Of a stretch of DNA of 64,000 bases, positions 10,371 to 21,800 are shown piece after piece. The translations under genes and the position numbers were made by a program. This DNA is from a virus. Within the stretch, counting starts at the first letter, position 1. Every line of letters starts with the position of its first letter. The stretch covers positions 7,631 through 71,630 of IMG/VR virus record IMGVR_UViG_3300008459_000031; one strand, given 5' to 3'. A model generated the notes under the pieces. The model had not been told where the DNA came from. It did not search any database and was given only the letters and a program-made list of their open reading frames with translations.

Positions 10371-10668
10371 AGAATCTGTAATTAGTGAATTACGTAAGAT
10401 TCAAACTATGCTAGTTAGTAAGAACACTGCATATGGTAATGCTGCATTAAAGCCTATCAACATCTTTTCACAGAATACTCCTGTTGATGCTATTTGTTCT
10501 AGGATAGATGACAAACTATCTAGAATAAAGAATCAAGGTATAAATGATTTATCAGAAGATTCTGTATCAGATTTAATTGGGTATTTAGTACTGCTTAAAT
10601 TATCAATGAAGCCTAAAAGCACATATGATAAAATTACTTATACTTATTCTGATGGAAAAGGATACTAG
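10336..10668 (+). CDS. nucleotide-modification-associated domain protein (DUF1599-like)
   Basis: KNTAYG, RIDDKLSRI, DSVSDLIGYLVL motifs. Confidence 0.65.
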   Translation: MKTKFMDKNHFEESVISELRKIQTMLVSKNTAYGNAALKPINIFSQNTPVDAICSRIDDKLSRIKNQGINDLSEDSVSDLIGYLVLLKLSMKPKSTYDKITYTYSDGKGY

Positions 10669-10873
10669 GAATGATCTAATTGCTGATTGGATTATAGGAA
10701 TTCTTCTTGTGATAAGTACGATAGGGCTAATTAAATATTTAGCTGATCATAGAGTAAAATTAAAGCAACAGCATTACGAATTTAAGGCTATTAAACTTCC
10801 AGAAACTATTAATCAATATGATTCAGTGTATGTAGATCCTACTACGGTAGGAACTACTACTGATCCAAAATAA
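10625..10873 (+). CDS. small membrane protein
   Basis: One hydrophobic helix LIADWIIGILLVISTIGLI; true start may be the internal Met (MEKDTR). Confidence 0.5.
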   Translation: MIKLLILILMEKDTRNDLIADWIIGILLVISTIGLIKYLADHRVKLKQQHYEFKAIKLPETINQYDSVYVDPTTVGTTTDPK

Positions 10874-10878
10874 ATCTT

Positions 10879-11256
10879 ATGAAAAAATTATTAATTTTAT
10901 TTTTGCTGATACTAAGTTTAGCATCGTTTGGTCAAGTTACTTATAAAGCTACAACGTTAAAGATCGGGGTTAGAGAAAATTCTTCACAAGATCTTGAGTG
11001 GAAATCTTTTGATACTGGGTTAGAGATTCCTGTACATATATCTGATGATAATGTTATCACGATTTACTCTAAGATATTTCAGAAGTATTTCCCTATAACT
11101 GAAGTACCTGCATCAGATGGTGTATCAACTATTTGGACATGTATTGATAAAGATGGTAGAAGATGTAATGTATACTTTATTGTTGTATTAGGATCTAACT
11201 ATCTTCATGTAGAGTACGATGATATGGGTTGGTATTATAAACTTGAAGATTATTAA
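10879..11256 (+). CDS. secreted/periplasmic protein with Sec signal peptide
   Basis: MKKLLILFLLILSLASFG|Q signal peptide followed by a beta-rich domain. Confidence 0.65.
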   Translation: MKKLLILFLLILSLASFGQVTYKATTLKIGVRENSSQDLEWKSFDTGLEIPVHISDDNVITIYSKIFQKYFPITEVPASDGVSTIWTCIDKDGRRCNVYFIVVLGSNYLHVEYDDMGWYYKLEDY

Positions 11257-11267
11257 TACTAAAAAGA

Positions 11268-11296
11268 TAAAGAAGGGGCAGTAGCCCCTTTTTTAT
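11268..11296. terminator. intrinsic terminator (probably bidirectional) between the convergent modules
   Basis: AAGGGGC-agta-GCCCCTT with T-run on the right and A-rich run on the left. Confidence 0.8.
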
Positions 11297-11304
11297 TGCC
11301 TTTA

Positions 11305-14300
11305 TTATTTAGTTGATGTAGCAGGTAAGTCAAACCACTTAGCAGCTGTAGCTGGATCAGATGATTTTTCAATACCCCCTAATATTGGAATCATTGCTTC
11401 GAACTTAGCTAATAATTTGCTGTCCCCTTTTTGATGTATCCCAGACTTTCTTTGGTAGTATAACCCTTCTGTATCTCCTGTGAATATAGATGGGATAGCT
11501 TTGAATGCTACCATATCAACAAGCTCTATTGCTTTTGTAACAGGACGTACAGTTGCTGTAGGTGAGTTAGCAGCTTTTAAAAATTCTATAGGACGTACAA
11601 ACTGAGTTAATTCTGTCTGCATACGTAAAGCTTGATATATTGCAAAGCTTTCAAACCATGAATCATCTTCATCATCATCATCTGATAGTGACATTACAAT
11701 CAAAGCACATAGAGTCCAGAATGCAATAGATACTACAGATCTTCTCATGTTCTGCTTCTCCATGTCTGTCATCATCTTATAAACTTTAACACCATTACCA
11801 GCATTCTTATAAGTCTCTTTTATGAATCTCCATAGAGTTTCCATTGTACCTTCTGAGATAGTACCTAATTCTAAGTCACGATGAATACCACCACGAAGAC
11901 CGTTATGTCCATAATGTTTACGAAGAGATGGGATAAAGTAACGACGGAATAACATAATCAATTTACCATACCATCTTCTTTGAAGAATAGCATCATCGAA
12001 TTTAGTTTTAACCTGGTTGGTTCTTTTGTTTATCCCTGATATCTTAGCCATAAATCTACTTCTATTGAAGTTGGCTACTTTAGGATCTACTCCGTATCTA
12101 CCAGTTTTTTCATCTTTAACAAATACATCCCAAAGATTTGCATCTTCTCCTTTCTCATTTTTAATTACGTTTCCATCTTTGTCTTTAAGCTTTCCTCTAT
12201 AGCTATCCATTAAAGCAAGCATTCTAGTAACTGCTGTCTCATGTTCAGCAATAGTTTGTAATGCCATTGGACCTTCTTGTAAAAGCTTTAACATTCGTGG
12301 ACCAGTCTTGTCTTCTTTTGTAGATCCTAGTACTTCCCCTAATGCATCAAAGTATCTAATAGCTTGCACTATTTTAGTTTGTGGAGCAAAGGTTTTAAAG
12401 TCTTTCAATGATCCTAATCCACCTTCACTAGTTAAGTGGTAGATACCCTTAGCCCAAGTCATGTTCTTTTTATTAAAGAACTGTTGTGAGTGTGCTTCTT
12501 CCATCAAACGTACGTTATCGAGTAACATCTGATTAGTAGATTGAAGTAAGTTACCAGCTAAGTTTGCAAGAGCAGTATAAGATGCTACTTTATTTGATAA
12601 TTTATTTGATGATATTTGCTTACCAAATATGTTTAAAGCAGATTTAAGTTCTTCTTCCCCAAAGAATATTTTATCAATCCATTCTGATAAGTGCTTAAAG
12701 TTATTTCCACCTTTACCAGCAGTCTGCATTTTAGTTCCTTTTAAGATCTTTGACATTCTGTGTAAAAGTGGATTGTTGTCAGCTGTTACTGCTAATACTT
12801 CTCTTTCTTGTATGATGTCTCTCATTAACATAACAGAGCCGACAATTTCAGATTTACTCTTAAACATGTTGGCCATTCCTCCAAAGAGAATTAACGAGCT
12901 AGCTACGTCTTTACTTACTAGTTTAGAATCTACAGGATTTGTGTAGAAGATAGGAATTGTTTTATCTCTAGCTTCTTTGTTAGCATTAATAACATCTCCG
13001 TAGTTTACATCAGTAGATAGGAATTGAAACGAATCTTTAACAAAATCTTTAGCTGCTGTAAAAGCTCCATCTTTTTGTACTTTCTCTAATCCTTCTGATC
13101 TAACTGATGGTACTATATAACTAAACTTATCCCAAGAGTTTTTAGCAAGACTATTCTGCCCTAACATCTTCTGCTTTTTGTAGTAGAAGTTCATCATGGC
13201 TTTATAGTAAGTAAATGCAGGAGCATTATTTTTTAATGCCTCATATTTAGCATTTTTATACTTATCATTAGGACGTACTGCTGAAATCTTCCACTGCTCA
13301 TTTATAGGATCATACATCTTATCCATCAAAGATTTTAGTGAAGATTGTTCCCCTTCTAAATATTGAATCTTATCTGGATCTATAAGAGCTGCATCTTTTG
13401 ATTTCTCTTCTACTAATTTTTTACGTACATTTTTAAGCTTCTCTGATAGTACATTATACTTTTCTTGAGAATCTTTACTTGGTACAGAGTTTTCTTTATA
13501 CCATTTAGCAACTTCTTTATAGTATTCTCTTACAGTAGATTTATTTTTTAACCACTCTTGTATCTCTTCGTCACCCTTCTCTGGTTTATTATACTTTGTA
13601 GCTAAATCTGCATACATTTTAGATTCAGCATTCTTATATCTAGTGACATCAAATTCTTGTACAAATGAAAGAAGAGTTACTTTCTCTGACTTTTCTTTAT
13701 CAGGATTGTAAACCATGTATTCAACTTCTTCTAAAATATCTTCGTTGAATTTATTAGGATTTAAACCACTTCCTTTTGCTTTCTCAAATTCTTTATAAGC
13801 TGCAGCTAGTTCATAGATATCATTCTGTGTCTCATCATTTGCTTGATACATTTTATCTTTAAGCATAGATGCAAACATTTGTATCCCTACTTGAGAAGAA
13901 TAAATAATTGGATCTAGAAGATAACTAAATGCAGACTTATCTTTTTGAGCTTCAGTAAGTTCTTTGATTAATGTATCTCTTGTAATCAGCTTATTTTCTA
14001 ACTGCTTTATATTCAATGCTTTTAATGCAGCAAACTCATCAGCTTTATCTAGCTTTTGAGATTTTATTTTATTGTACTCCTCATCTCTTTCAATAGCTAC
14101 TAAACGATCATTGTCTTTGATATTTTGTATGAGTTTATTAATCTCATCATTTATATCATCGTTTGAATATTCCATTAGCAAGTCAGCCATAAGTGGGATA
14201 CCTACTTCTCTATAGGTTTCCTCCACCATATTCATTCTATGTATAGCTTCAGTAATTTTCTTTTCAAATAATGAAAGTGATTTAAATTTAGGGTCGTCTT

Positions 14301-15852
14301 GTAACTGTTCTACACTTAAACCTTTTTTAAGTCTTAACAAGTCTTTTGAAACTGCAAAACCAATTTTTTGCATTATACTATCTTTCCCATCTACTCCACC
14401 ATAAAAGCTTCTTACCCATTCACTTACTTTGTATAATTCATGAATAAGCTGTAATCTTTCTGTGGTAGGAAGAACTTCATTATATCTCTCATTAATTTTA
14501 TCTAAGTTTTCTTCAGCTCTGTCTGCAAGTCTAGATGCATAATTTACAAACTCTACTAATTCTTCTACATCTTGAATCTTATCAAGTCTTTTCTGCATGA
14601 GAGATAATCTTTCTATTGCAGTTTCATTTAAATCACCAGGAGTACTTTTAAGTTTGTTGATGCTCTCTTGTGTTGCAATACGAACATCATCTACAATCTT
14701 CATGAAGTCTTCTTCTCTCTTATTTACTTTACTATCAGCCATTAAGAAAGTAATAGAACCTTTTAAATCTGCAGCAGTATATCTTCTTTCTAGAAGCATA
14801 CGTGTCAGATCTTCAACTGCAGATGGTTTAGCCTCTGTACCAAATAACTTTGATAATGCTCTTACAACTCTATTAAATATTCTTTGGAAGAGATTAGGGT
14901 TTTCTCTTTTAATCTTAGCCCCACTTAATCCCATAGCAGATACTAGAACTTCTTTATTTAAAGCTTTCTCATCTAGTTCTGGGTATGCTTCTTTAACTTT
15001 TTGATAAAGATTAGTAGACTTCAATTCATTTATAGCTCTTACTACTACAGGATGATCTTCCCCTAAAAGTTCTACAAGAATATGACTGAATTCGTGGATA
15101 TGAGTATCCTCAGTCATAAGTAGTGGATTTAGAACAACTGTTAATATTTTACCTGGAGTGTTAATAACTCTACCTTTTACTTCTAGAGTAGGGTCAATTT
15201 TAACTTCTATGTTTATCCCAGCTTTAGCAAAGTCAGATATAAAATTGTTAATATCTTTTTGTATAGAAGGCATCTCTGCTCTTTCCATATCTTCAAGATC
15301 TAAACGACTATCTAAATCTTCGAATAAATCTAGTTGTTTTCCAGCTTCTCTAGATAATTTTTTTGTTAGTTCTTGTTCAGCTTTTGCTATGCTCAACTCT
15401 TCTTTACTTAATTCAATTACTCTTGGTCTAAGTATAGGGTTAAATTCATAAGCATTTAGAGCAAACTCATATGGATCTACTCTGTTAGGTAACTTAGTGG
15501 CTACATTTTTAGTCAGAGCTAGAGTTGCTTTTTGAGAAATTTGGACATCGTAATGAGTCTTACCTTTATCTTTATATGGGGTTATTACTGCAAGTGGAGT
15601 AGGAGAACCATAATATAAGGCTGCTACTGCATTTAAATCTGCTATCTCTTGAAATAGAACATCTTGCATAGTAACCGATATCCTATTCCCAAGACCTATA
15701 ACACCATCATTAAGAAGAATGTAATTGATCGTATAAGGATCTACTACATCGTTATTTGCTAACTGATTATCTATGTATTCAATAACCTTACTAGTCGTAG
15801 GAGATTTTCTTACATTTCCGTTTTCGTCTGTTTTAAAGTATCCACATGCCAT
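11305..15852 (-). CDS. giant virion/ejection protein with N-terminal zincin-like metallopeptidase motif
   Basis: HIHEFSH (HExxH) plus downstream KEVLV; hydrophobic segment near C-terminus; adjacent to virion RNAP. Confidence 0.7.
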   Translation of the reverse strand: MACGYFKTDENGNVRKSPTTSKVIEYIDNQLANNDVVDPYTINYILLNDGVIGLGNRISVTMQDVLFQEIADLNAVAALYYGSPTPLAVITPYKDKGKTHYDVQISQKATLALTKNVATKLPNRVDPYEFALNAYEFNPILRPRVIELSKEELSIAKAEQELTKKLSREAGKQLDLFEDLDSRLDLEDMERAEMPSIQKDINNFISDFAKAGINIEVKIDPTLEVKGRVINTPGKILTVVLNPLLMTEDTHIHEFSHILVELLGEDHPVVVRAINELKSTNLYQKVKEAYPELDEKALNKEVLVSAMGLSGAKIKRENPNLFQRIFNRVVRALSKLFGTEAKPSAVEDLTRMLLERRYTAADLKGSITFLMADSKVNKREEDFMKIVDDVRIATQESINKLKSTPGDLNETAIERLSLMQKRLDKIQDVEELVEFVNYASRLADRAEENLDKINERYNEVLPTTERLQLIHELYKVSEWVRSFYGGVDGKDSIMQKIGFAVSKDLLRLKKGLSVEQLQDDPKFKSLSLFEKKITEAIHRMNMVEETYREVGIPLMADLLMEYSNDDINDEINKLIQNIKDNDRLVAIERDEEYNKIKSQKLDKADEFAALKALNIKQLENKLITRDTLIKELTEAQKDKSAFSYLLDPIIYSSQVGIQMFASMLKDKMYQANDETQNDIYELAAAYKEFEKAKGSGLNPNKFNEDILEEVEYMVYNPDKEKSEKVTLLSFVQEFDVTRYKNAESKMYADLATKYNKPEKGDEEIQEWLKNKSTVREYYKEVAKWYKENSVPSKDSQEKYNVLSEKLKNVRKKLVEEKSKDAALIDPDKIQYLEGEQSSLKSLMDKMYDPINEQWKISAVRPNDKYKNAKYEALKNNAPAFTYYKAMMNFYYKKQKMLGQNSLAKNSWDKFSYIVPSVRSEGLEKVQKDGAFTAAKDFVKDSFQFLSTDVNYGDVINANKEARDKTIPIFYTNPVDSKLVSKDVASSLILFGGMANMFKSKSEIVGSVMLMRDIIQEREVLAVTADNNPLLHRMSKILKGTKMQTAGKGGNNFKHLSEWIDKIFFGEEELKSALNIFGKQISSNKLSNKVASYTALANLAGNLLQSTNQMLLDNVRLMEEAHSQQFFNKKNMTWAKGIYHLTSEGGLGSLKDFKTFAPQTKIVQAIRYFDALGEVLGSTKEDKTGPRMLKLLQEGPMALQTIAEHETAVTRMLALMDSYRGKLKDKDGNVIKNEKGEDANLWDVFVKDEKTGRYGVDPKVANFNRSRFMAKISGINKRTNQVKTKFDDAILQRRWYGKLIMLFRRYFIPSLRKHYGHNGLRGGIHRDLELGTISEGTMETLWRFIKETYKNAGNGVKVYKMMTDMEKQNMRRSVVSIAFWTLCALIVMSLSDDDDEDDSWFESFAIYQALRMQTELTQFVRPIEFLKAANSPTATVRPVTKAIELVDMVAFKAIPSIFTGDTEGLYYQRKSGIHQKGDSKLLAKFEAMIPILGGIEKSSDPATAAKWFDLPATSTK

Positions 15853-15856
15853 AGTA

Positions 15857-15864
15857 CAAATATA
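15857..15864 (-). promoter_or_regulatory. -7 promoter box TATATTTG
   Basis: TAnnTTTG 4 nt upstream of the ATG at 15852. Confidence 0.6.
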
Positions 15865-15869
15865 CGGTA

Positions 15870-18800
15870 TTATATTGAGCAGGACATATTTCCAGCTTCA
15901 ATTGGTAATTTTCCTCTGTCTAATAAATAAGTAGTGCTTCTTGCTATGTTGTTCTTTATTTGAGGAAGTACTTCTTTATTTTGAATCTTCATATAATTTA
16001 ACCCATAAAGCTTCACACTACCTTTAGTTGTATACGTACCTTCTAATCTTCCGTATTGAGTCATAATAGATCCATCTCCAGATTTTACTTGGTCTAACTT
16101 AGCAAATACTGCACTTGTACCAGTCTTACGATTTCTTACTACTATAAAGTTATCAGTGCTCTTATCTAAAATAGTCTCTGTTCCTGAAGAAAGTGTATCA
16201 TTACTAACCCTTTTAACTAAGTTACTTCCACCAGCTCTCATCTTTCCAAATGCAGCCATGTAGTTAATAATGTCTTGTGAATCAAAGTACTGAGATTGTC
16301 TAGCTTTAAATGCTTCTTGTCTGAAGAAATCTAAAATGCTTATTCTATCTTGTACTTCTACTCCAGGTTCTGATGGGCCTTGCTCAACCTTCATAGGAGT
16401 TGTGAAGAATTCTAGAGGAACAATATCAGCATATGAACTAGCTCCTTGTCTAAATCCATTTACAAAGAAGCTGTGCATTGCTAGTTTTATAGCAAAGAGT
16501 TTGACTTCTCTTATACCAGCAGCAACTGATGGATCAGTATAGTTACCTTCACTATCCATTGTTTTATCTCCTGGTACATAGAATTGTGGGTTATACAGTA
16601 GATTATACAATCCGTCTGTATAAGATTGCTTTTCAGTTGCAGTAGCTTTAAATGTATTATCAAACTTAATTCCATAGTATCTAGCTTCTGTATCTGTATC
16701 AGGTTCTAAGTTAGCTATGAATGGGTTTGTATTCAATGCACGATACTTTGTTTTTAAAGCTTGTAATTTTGTATAAATATTATTATCTGGCTTATTATAC
16801 AAGTTTGTCATGCTATCCATCAAAGAAGCAAATGGAGAGCCAGGTTTCATAAGCATCATGAACATCAAGTTGTAATCAATCAACTGATGCATTTCAGGAG
16901 TTAACTCTTCAGTACTTACATTCCCTAGTAGCCCTTTCTTAAATAGTTTAAAAGATTCAGATAATCTAGTAGGGAAGAATACTCCTGCAAAGTCAAGACC
17001 GTTTCTTAATAGATTATCGTAACCTCTTTCTAATCCATAATTAGACTTCTCACCGATAAATTGGTCAGTGACATTATCCATAGACCCTGGTTCAAAGAAT
17101 ATTGGAGTCTTTAGAGAATCTTCATTCTGATCAAATGTATTAGCTCTATCTAAATAAGATTGTATAGAACCTATCCTTCCCAATCCATCCATTGAATCTG
17201 GGGTTACTCTCTTCCCTAGTTTCATAAGAGTTTTACCAGCTTCATAGAACTTCATGAAGTTAGCAAGCATCTTTAATTGTTCATCTACATTTCTATTCTC
17301 TTTACTTAAGTTTTCTAATTCTTCTACATTCATGTTAAATGTACCGGGCTTATTTAGATTTAAGTAGCCATTTGGATCTTTTAGTTTAGAAGTAAAAATT
17401 TTATAAGCTGTTGTAAGATTCATCAAATTACCAGCTTCGGTGGTCTCAAAGTAATTTGTAAATTCTTTAACCAATGGTTGATTTAAGAACAAAGAACAAA
17501 GTCTTGAAGAATACTCTGGGAAGAATCCTGAGAATAAAATTCTGATACGAGATGTTAAAACTGTATCGTTAAGTTCATATTGTACGGGAAACTTAGCAGC
17601 ATCCACAGCAGCAGATAAGAATAATGATATGCTTTTATCTGTTGGATAAGATCTGCTTGTAGTATCAAATGGATTTTCATAAGAAGTCTTTATATAATCT
17701 CTATATTCCTCTCCATTAATTTTGATAGAGTAATCGTTATGTATTCTAACATTACCATGTTGTAATACGTTACGTGCAGCTAGTGCATTTGCATAGATAC
17801 CACGAAGCTTATTTCCAAGAGTACTACGACGAGCTGTAATAGCTTCTGTGTTATAATCACTCCAATCTAATTCTTTTCCAAGGTCTGGAGATTTAGATTT
17901 AATCTCATCTACAACAGTATTCAATGTAGTATCATCAAGTGGAGTAAACACTTCTTTGAAGTGAGCAGGGTTTGAATACACTGCCTCCATCAAATCTAAT
18001 ATTACATTATTAATCTGTTCATTAGACAACTTCGATAAGTTCTTTGATTTTATTATACTAGCATAATCTACAGATACTTTTTCTAGTTGTTTAGTTTCTT
18101 TATTAACTCTAACTTCTGGGAATAAGAGATTTAACTTATCGACGTCAAAGTCAGATCCCATCAATTTAGTTAGCTGTCCCGGTACAACAACTGCTTTTGC
18201 ATAGTTGTTCGGTAAGATTTTAGCAATCTTAAGCATGACTACAGAAGCTTTATCCTGATTAGGGATACGATAACCTACAATTCTTCTAAGTTCTTCTGGG
18301 ATAGAGTCTAAAGATTGTCCTGGTTGTATTCCAAACTTACGAGCTACATCCTCACGGATCATAACTTCTGCATGGATTACTCTTCTACCATCTTCAGATA
18401 TTTGTAAGAACTTTAATGCACCACTTCCATCAACTTCTGATCCACCTAATTGTGTAACCTGAACTGCTTCAAACCCTTTAACTTTCTGTTTGAATACTTC
18501 ATTGTTTATTACAGACATTATGATAGACTCATACTTCTTATTGTATAGAGGTATATCAAGTGGAGCTACAAATCTAGGAGTACCATCATTTTCAAATACA
18601 ATATCTAAAGCTCTTTCATAGTTAGAGTGAAGCTCTTTTGTTCTAGCTTGCTTGAGTACTTTTTCTCTTACAGTTTTTAATATATCTAACTTAGCTGCAT
18701 TTATCTTATTGATATCATTGCTTTCAGAAGCTTTATAAAGCTCAGTTAATCCAAATTCATCTTCAACCTTCTTTGTATCTCTAGCAAGTTTCTCTTCTAT

Positions 18801-21800
18801 TGAAGCATGATAAAGATCTTTTAAATCTTGACCTGAGATATTTATATCTAAAATTCCAGGAGAGATTTGGTACATGGTAGCATCTTCAACATTGGCCACC
18901 ATATTTTTTTTAATCTGACGGTTGAGAGCATTTTTTGGATCTTCTTTTGCAGAAGGGATAAATTGTGGGAATCTTAATCCTGATGAATTATGAGTATTAA
19001 CTCCTGCTTCTCCTAGCATTCCCAATCTACCTGTATGTCTATAGATATTTCTCTTAGATAGCTTTTTACCAGATACAAAGTTTACTACATGCACTGGCTC
19101 TAAACCTGTATATTCTTCTACAGATTCCATTCTTCTTCGTATATCTTCTAAGAATGGAGAATTTTTAGTATAAGATTTTAATAGTACGAAGTAAGAGTTC
19201 TTTTGAGAATCAACAGATAATGTTCTTCCAACATTGTTGTAAGACATTTTTTCGTAGTATCCTTTATGTCCTAATGTTGGAACAGGATCCCCAACTTTTT
19301 TACCATCAGGAACAAATCCTTTTTGATATACAAACTCTCCTGTTACCTTATATGCTTTATAAGCTTCTTCATCTTCTCTCTCCCACTTCCCTAAACCTTG
19401 CATAATGCTTCTATGCATATCTAAGCTAATGAAAGCCTGAGCATCTGTAGATTCGTATTTACCTGGCCTAAATGCATCAGAAATTGTTTTAGCCTCTTCT
19501 TCAGAAACACCACTTTTAACTAGCCCAATATATATGTTATCAGCTTGAGCATTTGTTTCTACAGTTTGTTCTGGAGTAAGATTCATTCTGATATCTCTCA
19601 TAGCAATCTCATTGAACTCTTTCATCATTCCATAAGATTCACTAATGTCTCCAACCATAACCATTTTGGTTCCAGGAGTAGTCAAGTGACCCATACGTTT
19701 GTAGAAGTCTTCTTGACTTTTATGTAGAGCTCTATTTCCACGGAATAGTTTTACTATTTCGTTTCTCATAATAGCATTCTCTACTACAAATCCTTTTAGC
19801 AAGCCTTTTAGATCTACTCCGATAGCTCCACTCATTCCAATCTCTCCTAATTTTTTTGCTTTCTTTAACTCTGCCTCTAAAGCTAAAGCTTGAGAAGAGA
19901 AGTATTCAAGCATCTCATTAGTCATTCTATCTAAACGAGCATCAAATAATTTCTGAGATTCTGCATCCATAGACTTATCTACATAATCCATGATCTTATC
20001 ACTCATCTGAGTTACTCCATTAATCCTTACTCCAGGATCATCTTGCAGAGTTTCATCTGTTACTATATATTTACCATCAGCATTCTTAGCTCTAAACTGG
20101 AAGAAAGATTCTTTGAATGCATTACCAAGGTATTGACCATTCTCTACTAATCTTGTTGGATCTCCAGAAGCTGTATGATAACCTTCTTCTAAATCTGCAT
20201 AATCTATTTTACCATTCAAGGCACTTTTTACAACTGCTTTAGCTTGGTTTACTCTCACTAAGTCTTGTACAATTTGAGCTTTAATCAAATCTTTATGAGA
20301 CATAAATTGTTTAGAGAAAGCATTCTTGCTAATTCTAGGTACTTTTACAAATGTAAATTTGTCACGGTCTGATTGAATTGGTACAGCAATATATGTATAT
20401 TCACTATCTGTTCTGTTATTTATAAAAGCATTTATAAGAGTAACCATTGTATCGACTTCTGAAAAGTCTTCATATGCAAGAGCCTCTTCATATTCTGACC
20501 CCATCTTACTTGCATCAAAGTCAAATACCCCAAACTCTTCTAAAAACTTGCCATCCATTAGATGCTTAAATAATACACTTGTAAACTCAGGTCTCCCTTT
20601 TACATTTATGAATTCATCTTTAAGATATTCTTTTAGAAGTTCTGCAGAGTTTTGAGATTTCTCTTTCAATATACTTACAATCTGAGCCATATGTGTCTCA
20701 GTGTTTGTACCGTAAATTGCTTTTCCCTTTCCATTAACAAAGCTGATACCTGCAATAGGCATAGTTGATTTGAATATCTTTGCAAAATCTATAGCTGCAG
20801 ATTTACGAGCAGTTATAAAATCTAAGTTTCTATCATTCTTTACAGATACAAATTCAGCAAGTTCTGAAGATTTGTCTCTAGTAAACTCTCCTACTTGACG
20901 AATGAATGACAGAAGTTGAGTTTTAATAGTTCTCATAGAATCTACTCCTGTCTTACCGTCTATTCCATTATCAGCAATAACTTGTAATATCTTTTGAGTA
21001 TCTCCTACATTAGTATTATCTCCTATGTATAATCCTAATTGAAACATAGTTTCTGCTAAATGAACTACAACAGGATTTACTTGTCCATTTATATTAGCCA
21101 CATTTACATTACCAAATTTTGGTAATAACTTCTCAGCTTCTTTCCAAGCTTTTGCAGCATCTAGTACTCTCTTTTTATTTGTAGTAAGGGTCTCTATAAC
21201 TGTCCCATCTTCTTTAGTGATGATGTCTTTTCTATATAAGGCCATTCCATCTACTTCAGAAATAAGTGTATTTTTCCACTTCTCTGCAATAGCTGTTGGA
21301 ATGTCTTTACGATTAGGATTGAAGACTTCAACATAGTTTACTTTATCATCTACCTTTTGTTTTAGCATTACAAATTCAGTATTGCTAAGTGCAAATGCAG
21401 AGAATATCATAGCCTTTTCAGACTCTGTTAATTCGTTTAAGAAGTTAAGAACATTTCTTAATTGAGGCTTTAACTTAACTTCTTGTACAAGAGCATTCCT
21501 CATTGCAGTATAAGTCTGCTTACCACTAAATATGTTTAATAACTCTTTGAATACAACATCTCTATTTAAGTATGTTTTAACACCTAAGCTATTATATTCA
21601 TTTGACATAATAGTAGATAGCAATTCTCTTACTCTTGCCGTAAGTCTTTTTGCAGGGCTAATCTCCATACTACTTTGTCCATATATTTTTCCTACTGCTT
21701 CATCTATGATTGCAAATTCATCGTTCAATTGATCTAATTCATCTTCAGCTTCTGAAGGAGTTTCTAGATCAGTATCGTATTTAAACTTAGAATCAATGTA

